From an uncultured Nitrospinota bacterium (GTDB lineage: Bacteria; Tectomicrobia; Entotheonellia; J063; CAVPRW01): 64,000 nucleotides of DNA. This document shows, piece after piece, positions 11,748-24,109 of this stretch; position 1 is the stretch's first letter; every line of letters begins with the position of its first letter. A program made the position numbers and the translations under genes. Where the stretch lies: positions 32,001-96,000 of the forward strand of contig CAVPRW010000037.1 in the NCBI GenBank assembly GCA_963707985.1, in the 5' to 3' direction. Under the pieces are notes generated by a model. It was not told the origin of the DNA. It made no database searches and was given only the letters and a program-made list of their open reading frames with translations.

Positions 11748-12143
11748 CTAGCCTACGGATGCGCCATGGTGCGGTGCGACGCCAGCAACCTCCCGGCTTA
11801 GATCTACTCTGGGCGCATTGGCCCACAAGCGTTCGAGATCATAATACTCTCTCGTCTCCTGCGAGAATACGTGCACGATCACGTCGCTGTAATCCATCAG
11901 AATCCAATTCCCTTGGCGATATCCTTCAACGCCAAGTGATGCAAGCCCCAAGGGCCCTAACTCTTCATCGATGGCATCGGCAATCGCACGGACCTGTCGT
12001 TCGGAGCCACCGCTACAGATGAGAAAATAGTCCGTAATCGATGAGGCCTCTCGCATATCAATAACCATGACATCCATCGCTTTCCTGTCAGCGACAATCC
12101 GACTCATCAGAGCCGCTTTTTCTTCAGCACTTAGCCCTCCCAT
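11748..12143 (-). CDS. rsfS: Ribosome silencing factor
   Basis: DYFLICSG, WILMDYSDVIVHVF, YYDLERLW; follows nadD. Confidence 0.95.
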   Translation of the reverse strand: MGGLSAEEKAALMSRIVADRKAMDVMVIDMREASSITDYFLICSGGSERQVRAIADAIDEELGPLGLASLGVEGYRQGNWILMDYSDVIVHVFSQETREYYDLERLWANAPRVDLSREVAGVAPHHGASVG

Positions 12144-12152
12144 AGTTTCTCC

Positions 12153-12830
12153 TCAGCGATAGAGTTGATATTTTCGGATATACGCATCCACTGAATCAGG
12201 TAACAGATAACGAATCGACCGTCCGTTTTTCACACGCTGCCGGATCTCAGTTGATGAAATGTCAAATCCCGAAACCTCTTGGAGATAAATCTGATAAGGG
12301 GTACCCCGCACCTGAAAGCCAGGGGCACCGAGCATCTGTCTTGTGGCCATCGATTCAAAGCTTGAGTGCGGATGGATCTCTGATACCTGCCGGAGGGTAG
12401 CTGGGACCAGTTCGTGGAAGTTGTATCCCGGTCGACTCGTCACGATAGTGTGACAGCTTCCCAATAACACATCCGGTTGCCTCCAAGCGGCGATATCGGC
12501 AAACGCGTCGACACCCACGATGAAATAGATAGCTTTCTGCTCCTGGTACAGGTCTTTAAGTTGGGCGACCGTGTCGACGGTATACGATGCACCGGGCCGA
12601 TCAAGCTCCACGGACGATACGGCGAACTGGGGATGGAAGATCGTGGCCAACATGGTCATCATGAGCCGATGCCGCGGGTCGGTGATTTCAGCCAGATCCT
12701 TATGCGGCGGGACCGCAGCCGGTACGAACACCACCGTGTCCAGTGCGAAGCCCTCACAAACCTCATTGGCCGCGGCCAGGTGTCCATAATGTATGGGGTT
12801 AAAGGTTCCCCCCATCACGCCCAGTCGCAC
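12153..12830 (-). CDS. nadD: Nicotinate-nucleotide adenylyltransferase
   Basis: GGTFNPIHYGH, PPHK, SYTVDT, ISSTEIR. Confidence 0.96.
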   Translation of the reverse strand: MRLGVMGGTFNPIHYGHLAAANEVCEGFALDTVVFVPAAVPPHKDLAEITDPRHRLMMTMLATIFHPQFAVSSVELDRPGASYTVDTVAQLKDLYQEQKAIYFIVGVDAFADIAAWRQPDVLLGSCHTIVTSRPGYNFHELVPATLRQVSEIHPHSSFESMATRQMLGAPGFQVRGTPYQIYLQEVSGFDISSTEIRQRVKNGRSIRYLLPDSVDAYIRKYQLYR

Positions 12831-12886
12831 CTTCGACCTCCGAAAGTCTCCTGCAGCACCTTGCCAACCATCGCGAGCGGCCGATT

Positions 12887-14182
12887 CTAGCCTCGAACCT
12901 GGCCCTCTCCATACACGATATATTTCAGTGATGTGAGAGACTCCAATCCCATGGGACCGCGTGCATGGAGTTTTTGCGTGCTGATTCCGAGCTCTGCTCC
13001 AAAACCAAACTCATGGCCATCGGTGAAGCGAGTCGACGCATTGACGAAGACCGCTGCCGAATCAACTTCATGAAGAAAGCGGCGTGCCTTCTGATAATTC
13101 GTGGTGATGATGCTCTCTGCGAGCTTCGAGCCGTACCGCGCGATGTGGTCTAGGGCATCGTCCAAACTGTTAACGACTCTCACCGACAAAATCAGATCGA
13201 GGTACTCAGTGTCCCAATCCTCTTCGGTCGCGCCAAGGACCCATGGCACGATGCGAAGAGTCTCTGGACAACCGCGAACCTCAACCCCGGCCGTCTTGAG
13301 TTGGTCACAAAATGCAGGGAGGAAGCGCACGGCCACGTCGCGATGCACAAGCAGGGTCTCCATGGCATTGCACACACTGGGGCGCTGGACTTTGGCATTG
13401 AATGCCACCAGAGACGCCATCGCGAGATCGGCCTCAACATCGATATAGGTATGACATAGCCCCTTGTCGTGCTTGATAACCGGAACGCGGGAATGTTCAA
13501 CAACTGTGCGAATGAACTCTTCGCCCCCACGAGCGACGACCAAATCCACATATCTATCCTTCTTCAGAAGCTCAAAGATGGCACTCCTATCCGTGATCGG
13601 GACCATCTGCAGGGCATCCTCTGGTATCCCAGCTGCTACCGCGGCCTTTGACAACACCTCGCTGAGCGCGAGATTGGATTGGATCGCTTCGGAGCCGCCA
13701 CGCAAGATTACAGCATTCCCTGATTTCAAACAGAGACCGGCGGCATCAGAGGTCACATTCGGGCGGGATTCATAAAGAAAGGCGATGACGCCGAGCGGTA
13801 TCCTCATCATGCCGATTTCAAGCCCATTCGGCCGACGCCACATGTGCGTCACCTCACCAATTGGGTCTGCCAAGGCTGCGACCTCCCGCAATCCGCGTGC
13901 CATGTCACTGATGCGCTGCGGGGTGAGGCGTAATCGATCAACCATAGCGGAGGAAAGCCCATGATCTCGCGCGCGTTCGACGTCAAGGGCATTAAGAGCT
14001 GTCAGAGCAGCCTCTTCCGCTTCGAGCGTTGTGGCCATTCGCATCAAGGCGTCATTTTTGACACCGCTCGGCAGTTTAGCCAGCTGACGCGCAGCTAACT
14101 GCGCACGCTCGACCAAGTGCTGCACTAGCTCTGTGATCTCATCTACCGACACAGTCCCCATGATGACGTATCTCCCCATCAT
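12887..14182 (-). CDS. proA: Gamma-glutamyl phosphate reductase
   Basis: YESRPNVT, LRGGSEA, VCNAMETLL, NASTRFTDG, GISTQKLHARGP. Confidence 0.96.
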   Translation of the reverse strand: MMGRYVIMGTVSVDEITELVQHLVERAQLAARQLAKLPSGVKNDALMRMATTLEAEEAALTALNALDVERARDHGLSSAMVDRLRLTPQRISDMARGLREVAALADPIGEVTHMWRRPNGLEIGMMRIPLGVIAFLYESRPNVTSDAAGLCLKSGNAVILRGGSEAIQSNLALSEVLSKAAVAAGIPEDALQMVPITDRSAIFELLKKDRYVDLVVARGGEEFIRTVVEHSRVPVIKHDKGLCHTYIDVEADLAMASLVAFNAKVQRPSVCNAMETLLVHRDVAVRFLPAFCDQLKTAGVEVRGCPETLRIVPWVLGATEEDWDTEYLDLILSVRVVNSLDDALDHIARYGSKLAESIITTNYQKARRFLHEVDSAAVFVNASTRFTDGHEFGFGAELGISTQKLHARGPMGLESLTSLKYIVYGEGQVRG

Positions 14183-14256
14183 CTACGCACGAAAGCATAA
14201 GCGACATTCATGCCCCTTCGGAGCAGCTGGCGCGGAGTAGCTGCGCACCCAGTTGG

Positions 14257-16690
<2,434 letters not shown>

Positions 16691-16711
16691 GGCGCTTTCT
16701 CCATGTACTCG

Positions 16712-17044
16712 TTAAGGCTGATCACCAGCTGCACCAGTGACGATCTCATTCACGCGGAGAAGTGTTTGCGACTGACGATGGCCTTGCCGTTTCTGGTAGC
16801 CTTTGCGTCGTTTGTGCTTATAGATGAGGACCTTGGGTCCGCGCTCTTGCCGAACGATGGTGCCTATCACGCGAGATCGCTCAAGCTGTGGCTGTCCGAC
16901 AATGACCTGGTTCCCCTCGGCAATCATCAGCACCGACGCAATCTCAACTCGATCTCCTGCGGCGCCATTGAGTTTTTCGATCGTTACCAGGTCCCCTTGT
17001 GAGACGCGATATTGTTTCCCTCCAGTCTGGATAACAGCGTACAT
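16712..17044 (-). CDS. rplU: 50S ribosomal protein L21
   Basis: [18 protein letters not shown]. Confidence 0.98.
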   Translation of the reverse strand: MYAVIQTGGKQYRVSQGDLVTIEKLNGAAGDRVEIASVLMIAEGNQVIVGQPQLERSRVIGTIVRQERGPKVLIYKHKRRKGYQKRQGHRQSQTLLRVNEIVTGAAGDQP

Positions 17045-17238
17045 ACGACTCCCACCTCTTTATGACGCGATTGGTGTCTCTCGAGCGCTATGCAGTGCGG
17101 CAAATATAGCAAAAGATGAGCCAGAAGTCAATTTGGCGCGACCAGCGGACACACTGGTGGTACCATTCTCGGGACCTGTGGTCGCTCCTAGGGATCAGTC
17201 AACACCAGTAAACAATCAGCGATCGTACCCCGTTAGGC

Positions 17239-17508
17239 TTATCCCCGGCCCCTCTCATCATGGATACGCACAAACCACGCTACACCGAAGGCCAGCAGCA
17301 CCATACCGATGAGGGCCACCGTTCCCGCCAGGGAATCAGCGCCAACTATGCCCGTAACGATAATGACGGGGAGTAGGATCGCCAGAATAACCACGACGGC
17401 TATGGCGACCCAGGTCAACACCTTCTTGCCTCTCTCTAGCACTGCAGGCTCACACCTCTGTCGGTCCGCAAACAATGGTCTAATACACGGTCTTCCGCAG
17501 TACTTCAA
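17239..17508 (-). CDS. Small two-TM membrane protein (start uncertain)
   Basis: Two hydrophobic segments; directly downstream of ltaE. Confidence 0.55.
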   Translation of the reverse strand: MKYCGRPCIRPLFADRQRCEPAVLERGKKVLTWVAIAVVVILAILLPVIIVTGIVGADSLAGTVALIGMVLLAFGVAWFVRIHDERGRG

Positions 17509-18514
17509 GGGTCTGTTCGATCCCCTCTTTTGAAACGTCGAGGTGGGTTACCGCACGGATGCTGGTGGGGCCGGTGCCGAGCATAAGAACGCCTGCCGTT
17601 CTGAGCCGATCAAGCAAAGTACCCACGGTGAGCCCAGGCCGACGGACGTCAAAGTAGAGAATATTGGTCACGACCGCATTGACATCGATGTCGAGCCCAT
17701 CGATATCGGCAATCCCCAGCGCCAGTCGCTTGGCGTTCAAGTGATCTTCGGCCAGCCGTTCGACGTTGTGCTCAAGGGCATAGATCCCTGCTGCGGCCAG
17801 GAACCCAGCTTGCCGCATCCCCCCTCCGAATTGCTTACGAAAGCGATGGGCCTTGGCCACAAACTCCTCCGAACCGATGACCAGTGACCCCACGGGGGCG
17901 CCCAGTCCCTTGGATAGGCACAGGGTGCACGAGTCAAAATACTGAGCATAATCCTTGGGGGTTAACCCTGTGGCGACACAGGCGTTCATGAGGCGCGCCC
18001 CGTCAAGGTGCAAGGGCACGTTGACGGAACGAGCGAATTCGCGGATGGCACGGATATTCTCCAATGGCCAGATACTCCCACCGCCGCGATTGTGGGTGTT
18101 TTCCAAGCAGATGAGAGCGGTAGGAGCATGGTGCACATTCGGGGTGCGCACCACGGGTCTGATCTGCTCCACGTCCATGATGCCATGTTCACCATCGATC
18201 AAGTTCACCTGCACGCCGGCCAGCGCAGCTAACGCACCTGCCTCGGAGTTGAAGGGGTGTGAGGTCCGCTCCATGATGACTTCATCGCCATGATGCGTTT
18301 GTGCCCGGATAGCAACTTGATTCGCCATGGTACCCGACGCCACATACAACGCGGCGTCTTTGCCGTACAGCGCCGCCACCATCTCTTCGAGACGATTGAT
18401 CGACGGGTCCTCGTGGAAGACATCATCTCCCACCTCGGCCTCAGCCATTGCCCGGCGCATACCCGGCGACGGCTTGGTCACGGTGTCGCTGCGTAGATCT
18501 ACAAGTTCCGGCAT
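17480..18514 (-). CDS. ltaE: Low-specificity L-threonine aldolase
   Basis: DLRSDTVTKP, SGTMANQ, HLDGARL, CLSKGLGAPVG (PLP lysine). Confidence 0.95.
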   Translation of the reverse strand: MPELVDLRSDTVTKPSPGMRRAMAEAEVGDDVFHEDPSINRLEEMVAALYGKDAALYVASGTMANQVAIRAQTHHGDEVIMERTSHPFNSEAGALAALAGVQVNLIDGEHGIMDVEQIRPVVRTPNVHHAPTALICLENTHNRGGGSIWPLENIRAIREFARSVNVPLHLDGARLMNACVATGLTPKDYAQYFDSCTLCLSKGLGAPVGSLVIGSEEFVAKAHRFRKQFGGGMRQAGFLAAAGIYALEHNVERLAEDHLNAKRLALGIADIDGLDIDVNAVVTNILYFDVRRPGLTVGTLLDRLRTAGVLMLGTGPTSIRAVTHLDVSKEGIEQTLEVLRKTVY

Positions 18515-18598
18515 TCGTTGCCCCCCTCCTCACGCTGCGCAGGCACACTGATTGGTATCATACCCTTCATGCAGCGATGCGGCTGCCATCCATGGGTC

Positions 18599-19432
18599 TC
18601 AATTGGGCCACTCACCCCGAAAAACCTCTACGGCTGGACCAGTCATATACACATGCTGGTCAACGGCCCATTCGACCTCGAGGTCACCCCCCAGGAGGTG
18701 AACGGTGACGCGACGATCAGTCTTGCCGTTGAGAACTGACGCAACCGTAGCGGCACAGGCCCCCGTACCGCAGGCCAGCGTTTCCCCGGAGCCGCGCTCC
18801 CAGGTACGCTGGCGGATCTCCCGCTGATTGAGCCATTCGATCCATTCGACATTGGTGCGCTGAGGAAACTGCGGATGGTGTTCCAGCAGGGAACCATAGT
18901 GGGACACCGCGAACTGGGCCACATCATCGACATAGACGACGCAGTGGGGATTCCCCATGGACACGCACGTCACCGCAAACTCCCGATCTCCAGCGGTGAG
19001 CGTCTCCCCGAGCACCAGATCACCGTCACCACACATGGGAATATCCTGCCGACGCAGCCGAGGCATGCCCATGTTCACCCTCACCTTTTCGACTGCATCA
19101 CGGGCCATGGTTAGCAGTTCGAGGGACAGCACTCCCGCCAGCGTCTCAACCGTGATCTCCGACTTCCGACTGATACCCGATTCATAGGCATACTTCGCCA
19201 CGCAACGAATACCGTTGCCGCACATTTGCGCTTCGCTGCCGTCGGCATTAAACATGCGCATGCGAACATCGGCCTTCTCTGAGGGCATGATCAGAATCAG
19301 CCCGTCCCCTCCCACCCCAAAGTGGCGGTCGCTCATCTGGACGGCTAACCTCTCTGGCTCCGACACCGTCTCTCGAAAGCAATCGATGTACACATAGTCA
19401 TTCCCAATCCCGTGCATCTTAATAAACCGCAT
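18599..19432 (-). CDS. dapF: Diaminopimelate epimerase
   Basis: KMHGIGNDY, MCGNGIRC, SMGNPH, ERGSGETLACGTGA. Confidence 0.97.
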   Translation of the reverse strand: MRFIKMHGIGNDYVYIDCFRETVSEPERLAVQMSDRHFGVGGDGLILIMPSEKADVRMRMFNADGSEAQMCGNGIRCVAKYAYESGISRKSEITVETLAGVLSLELLTMARDAVEKVRVNMGMPRLRRQDIPMCGDGDLVLGETLTAGDREFAVTCVSMGNPHCVVYVDDVAQFAVSHYGSLLEHHPQFPQRTNVEWIEWLNQREIRQRTWERGSGETLACGTGACAATVASVLNGKTDRRVTVHLLGGDLEVEWAVDQHVYMTGPAVEVFRGEWPN

Positions 19433-19443
19433 GGTCCTCCTCA

Positions 19444-20955
19444 CTACTGATGGGCATTCCAGTCTAACACCATTTGCGTGAGCAAGCGCACACCCACGCC
19501 AGTGCCGCCCTTCGGTTTATAGGGCTGCTCGCGATCGGCCCACGCCGTGCCGGCAATATCTAAGTGCACCCACGGATAGCCATCGACGAATTTGGACAGG
19601 AACGCGGCGCCAGCGATCGTACCGGCCGCCCGCCCCATGCCGACGTTCTTGACATCTGCAACGTCGCTTTTGACATGCTCCAGATATTCATCCCACAGCG
19701 GCAGCTGCCAGACACGCTCACCCGTGCGCAACCCTGCCTGACGCAGGCGGTCCATGCATTCTTCACCCTGGGGGTTGCCCATCATGCCGATAGCCTCGTG
19801 ACCAAGCGCCACTACACAGGCGCCGGTCAGCGTCGCCAAATCGACGCAGACGGCAGGTTTATAGCGCGCCGCATAGGCCAGGGCATCACCAAGGATGAGT
19901 CGGCCTTCGGCGTCGGTATTGATGATTTCGGCGGTCTTACCATTCATTGCCCGATGCACGTCGCCCGGCTTGGTGGCCTTGCCGCTGGGAAGGTTTTCCG
20001 TGGCTGGAACGAGCCCGATGACATTCTGCGGTATTTTCAGTAGGGCCGTGGCGCGTAATGCCCCGATCACCGCTGCGCCGCCAGACATATCGTACTTCAT
20101 ACGCTCCATACCATCAGCGGGTTTGATCGAGATCCCACCGCTATCGAAAGTAATCCCCTTGCCAATGAATACAAGGTTGCCCTGTCCGCGCTTGCCGCCG
20201 CGGTACTCCAGGATAATGAACTTGGGTGGCTCCTCGCTGCCTTGGGCTACCCCTAATAATAGGCCCATGCCCAGTTTTTCCATATCTTTGCGATCGAGGA
20301 CTTCACACTTCAGCTGACAGTCTTTGGCCATCTGACGGGCCTGCTCTGCCAGGATGGTCGGGGTCATCTCATTGGACGGGTGATTAATCAATGAACGTGC
20401 AAAATTGGCCGACTCTCCGAAAATGCGCCCGACCTCCGCCCCTTGTCGGATCGCTTTGGCCTGCTCTCGATCGCTGGCAATGAGCGTTACGCTGGTTATC
20501 TCCCGACGGTCGTTCTCCTCAGTTTTGAACTTGTCAAAGCGATACAGCCCCAGAATCATCCCTTCAGTCACGGCCTGAGCTACCTCGGACGGTCCGATGG
20601 TCGGTTCGGCACCCTCAATGGTGACAGCGAGAGTGCTAGCGCGCAGTCCCCTGGCATATTGCGCCGCGCTCCCAGCCGCTTGCCGCAATCCTTCAAGCGT
20701 CAGTTTCTCGGGTTTTCCCAGGCCGACGAGTACTACTTTCTTGGCTTTCAGCCGTCCTTGGGTCTGCAAGATCGACTGTTGTTTGGGTTTCCCGGAAAAT
20801 TCCCCCTCCTGTCGCAGCGCCGTGACCGCACCATCCAGGGCCTTGTCAATCATGGCCGCAGCGCCCTGGGGTGTGGCATCACCCTCGTACAGCATCAAAA
20901 CCATTGCATCGACCGACTCTTTGTCGATTCCTCCCGTCTTAACTAGTACCTCCAT
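19444..20955 (-). CDS. pepA: Leucyl aminopeptidase (M17)
   Basis: GKGITFDSGG, MKYDMSGG, NTDAEGRL, HLDIAGTA. Confidence 0.97.
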   Translation of the reverse strand: MEVLVKTGGIDKESVDAMVLMLYEGDATPQGAAAMIDKALDGAVTALRQEGEFSGKPKQQSILQTQGRLKAKKVVLVGLGKPEKLTLEGLRQAAGSAAQYARGLRASTLAVTIEGAEPTIGPSEVAQAVTEGMILGLYRFDKFKTEENDRREITSVTLIASDREQAKAIRQGAEVGRIFGESANFARSLINHPSNEMTPTILAEQARQMAKDCQLKCEVLDRKDMEKLGMGLLLGVAQGSEEPPKFIILEYRGGKRGQGNLVFIGKGITFDSGGISIKPADGMERMKYDMSGGAAVIGALRATALLKIPQNVIGLVPATENLPSGKATKPGDVHRAMNGKTAEIINTDAEGRLILGDALAYAARYKPAVCVDLATLTGACVVALGHEAIGMMGNPQGEECMDRLRQAGLRTGERVWQLPLWDEYLEHVKSDVADVKNVGMGRAAGTIAGAAFLSKFVDGYPWVHLDIAGTAWADREQPYKPKGGTGVGVRLLTQMVLDWNAHQ

Positions 20956-21134
20956 GCCAGCCCCCCCATACCAACAGGATCGCGTCGTGTCGTGCCAACC
21001 GCAAAACGCCTACTCGATATCCTGAAAACCTGCAACCAATCAGCTACCACCATAGGCCATGTCTTGCTGAGCTCTGTTGGCGCAGCAAGATATCACCTGA
21101 GATAACGATTTGCAAATGTCCGTGCTACCCGGCC

Positions 21135-21665
21135 TCAGGGGGTTTCGTTCAGGACACCTGTCCCGGCCGTCTGTCGGCGTTTGGACGGTTTTGGCGCGGG
21201 CGCTTTAGGGGGTTCTTGCGGCACCAGGGCGAGCTGTTGCCCAGGGCTGCGACCCTGTGTTGTAGGCTCGAGAGGAGCGCTAGGAGCGCGGGATTCGGAA
21301 ACAGCTGTGCCGTTGCCATCCCGTTTCCGCCGTTTACGCCCCGTCAACGCATCGAGGGGTAGGCTGTCGACCTCAAGGACCGGCACCAGTTGACTCCCCA
21401 CCTTCACCACACCAGGCTTCCCGGCCCGGGTAGACTCTTCGCCCAACAGCGCCCGAAAGAGACCTCCAAGCTTGTTGTCCGTCGTCTCGATCTGAATGCT
21501 GTATGGCTGCGCACGCGAACGCAACGCAAAGGCCACCGCTACCTTCCCACGATCGCGATGCTCGATACACTCGACGAGATATTCTCCATCAGCAATCAAC
21601 TCGCGAATCACCTGGGCCACAACCACCAATCCCATAAGGCCCTCCCTTTCTTTAATCTCCCTCAA
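21135..21665 (-). CDS. Hypothetical protein (globular N-terminus, basic Pro-rich tail)
   Basis: 176-aa ORF; GGGAGGG precedes the internal ATG of MGLVVV. Confidence 0.6.
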   Translation of the reverse strand: MREIKEREGLMGLVVVAQVIRELIADGEYLVECIEHRDRGKVAVAFALRSRAQPYSIQIETTDNKLGGLFRALLGEESTRAGKPGVVKVGSQLVPVLEVDSLPLDALTGRKRRKRDGNGTAVSESRAPSAPLEPTTQGRSPGQQLALVPQEPPKAPAPKPSKRRQTAGTGVLNETP

Positions 21666-21776
21666 TTTGAAAAGTTGAACACTCGATCTTCAAACGCGCT
21701 TTTCCCGTGCACAGAGTCTCAAGGCCATGGGCCATGGCCGACAAAGCGGAAAACTCACCTAGCCGCAAGTGACACT

Positions 21777-21977
21777 TTACTGGATAGGGGACTGGGGAGC
21801 ACCTGAATCGGAGGGAGGTGGTTGCCTTGTGGGGAGCTGGAGAGTCATGCCCGCTTCCGCATCATGTGCTGCCAACGAAGGCTGCTCCTCATCGTACCCA
21901 CAGGCGGGGCAGACTAACCCCTCACAGCAAAAATATGGGACGGTCAAGCCACACGCCGGGCATGCTGTCGTTGCCAT
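21777..21977 (-). CDS. Small Cys-rich zinc-ribbon-like protein
   Basis: Two CPACG motifs; AGGAGG upstream. Confidence 0.55.
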   Translation of the reverse strand: MATTACPACGLTVPYFCCEGLVCPACGYDEEQPSLAAHDAEAGMTLQLPTRQPPPSDSGAPQSPIQ

Positions 21978-22357
21978 AAGTCATCCTCCTTCCTGTGGGA
22001 AAGACCCAAATTCATCTATACTGTGATGCCTTATCTATGGCTTTGATGCCTTCACGGCTTCCATAGTCCACGTGGACACTCGTGTCTCGTGACGAGTGTC
22101 TAGATAAACATCCGATGATATCCTGGTCAATTCCAGCTACATCTTAGCCTACCAAAAGCCTATCGAAGCAGCCCTTCACTGTCAAGCACAAGGGCCAGAG
22201 TGAAATTCGTTTGTGTTTGGAGAGGAGGGACGATACACTGGCCTCACCGATCCGCACTGTAGGCCAGAGCCTCTGCGATAGCCGAGGGGCGGCTGCCGTG
22301 CGCCACGGCAGCCGTTTGGCCACAGTCATCCCTAACGCCAACCCATGGGGGGACCGT

Positions 22358-24109
22358 ATGATGGAACAACCGAACCCTGCTCCACATCGTCCGTTGATTA
22401 TGGGCACTCAGCAAGCCGTTTCTACTGGCCATTACCTCGCCACGGTTGTCGCCATGCGCATCCTCGACCGGGGTGGAAATGCCGTCGATGCTGGAGTGGC
22501 CGCCGGTCTCTGCTTGGGTGTGCTGTATCCTGACATGGTCAGCGTCGCCGGGGTGGCCCCGATCATTTTTTATCATGCTGACCGCCAGGAGGTTACCACC
22601 ATCAGTGGCCTGGGACGCTGGCCCCGTCACGCCAGCGCTGAGTATTTCCAGGAGCACTGTGGCGGGAAAATCCCCCACGGCATCCTTCGCACCGTGGTTC
22701 CTGCAGCCCCAGATGCCTGGATTACCGCCCTCGACAGGTACGGCACGATGCGCTTCGCCGATGTCGCGGAAGGCGCTATAGCCCTGTGCGAGGAGGGCTA
22801 TCCGGCGCATCGCTTGATGTGCGAGATCATCTCTGAACATGCCAGTGAATACGCCGAGTGGGACAGTTCTGCCGCCATCTTTCTCGCACGCGGGCGCCCA
22901 CCGCAAGAGGGCGAACGGTTCTATCAAAAAGATCTCGGCCATACGCTCCGGCTGATGGTGGCAGCCGAACATGCGAGGCGCTTTGCCGGGCGCACGGCGG
23001 CGCTGAATGCCGCCCGTGAAGAGTTTTATCAAGGGCAAATCGCTGACACCCTGATTCGCTATCATGAGACTCATGGTGGGTTGTTGACCCGTCAGGATTT
23101 AGCCGAATTTCGGGTCCAGATTGAACCTCCGGTGTCAACACGATTCCATGGGTATGAGGTCTATACCTGCGGTCCATGGTGTCAAGGTCCCGTGCTGCCG
23201 CAGGTGCTCAATCTGTTGGAAGGCGTTGACCTGCCGGCGATGACACATAATAGCCCAGAATATCTCCATCTTCTTGTCGAAGCCCTTAAGCTCGTGTATG
23301 CCGATCGCGAGCGCTATTATGGGGATCCGGAATTTGTCGATGTCCCGATCGACGGTTTGCTGTCCAAAGCCTATGCCAAGGAGCGTGCCCAGCAGATCGA
23401 CCCTGAAAAAGCCCATCCCGAAATGCCCCCCTATGGCAATCCCTGGAGCTATAGCCACCAACCACGCGGCTGGCAGAGGACCTCCAAGTCATCTCAGACC
23501 GCAGTCGACGAGGGGCCTGAGTCCCTCGACACCAGCTATCTGTGCGTTGTCGATCGCTATGGCAACGTCTTCTCTGCCACCCCCAGCGATGGGTCACCAG
23601 GGTCCCCGGTGATCCCTGGGCTCGGCTTCGTCGCCTCTTCGCGCGGGTCTCAATCCTGGGCTGATCCCGGCCATGCGAGCTCGATCCAGCCCTGGAAGCG
23701 TCCGCGGCTGACCCCCAATCCGGCTCTGGTTCTTAAGGATGGCAAGCCCTTTATGGCATTTGGTACACCGGGTGGTGATGTCCAGAGCCAAGCCATGCTG
23801 CAAACTTTCTTGAACATCGTCTGCTTCGGATTCGATCCACAGCAGGCCGTGGAAGCACCACGGGTGGCCTCAGCGAGCTTCCCGAACTCATTCGAGCCTC
23901 ATGTCTATCACCCTGGCCGCTTGAATGTAGAGACGAGTATCTCCGCGGCAACGCGGGCTGACCTGGAACGAAAAGGGCATAAACTGCACCTTTGGCCCGA
24001 ACGTGAGTGGCGTGCGGGGGCCGTAAGCGCCGTCGTCCTCGATCCTGAGACAGGAGTGTTGAAGGCCGCGGCCGATCCCCGCCGTATGAACTATGCCCTA
24101 GCTTGGTGA
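22358..24109 (+). CDS. ggt: Gamma-glutamyltransferase family protein
   Basis: GGNAVDAGVAA, DTSY autoproteolytic Thr, FGTPGGDVQ, AAADPRR. Confidence 0.92.
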   Translation: MMEQPNPAPHRPLIMGTQQAVSTGHYLATVVAMRILDRGGNAVDAGVAAGLCLGVLYPDMVSVAGVAPIIFYHADRQEVTTISGLGRWPRHASAEYFQEHCGGKIPHGILRTVVPAAPDAWITALDRYGTMRFADVAEGAIALCEEGYPAHRLMCEIISEHASEYAEWDSSAAIFLARGRPPQEGERFYQKDLGHTLRLMVAAEHARRFAGRTAALNAAREEFYQGQIADTLIRYHETHGGLLTRQDLAEFRVQIEPPVSTRFHGYEVYTCGPWCQGPVLPQVLNLLEGVDLPAMTHNSPEYLHLLVEALKLVYADRERYYGDPEFVDVPIDGLLSKAYAKERAQQIDPEKAHPEMPPYGNPWSYSHQPRGWQRTSKSSQTAVDEGPESLDTSYLCVVDRYGNVFSATPSDGSPGSPVIPGLGFVASSRGSQSWADPGHASSIQPWKRPRLTPNPALVLKDGKPFMAFGTPGGDVQSQAMLQTFLNIVCFGFDPQQAVEAPRVASASFPNSFEPHVYHPGRLNVETSISAATRADLERKGHKLHLWPEREWRAGAVSAVVLDPETGVLKAAADPRRMNYALAW

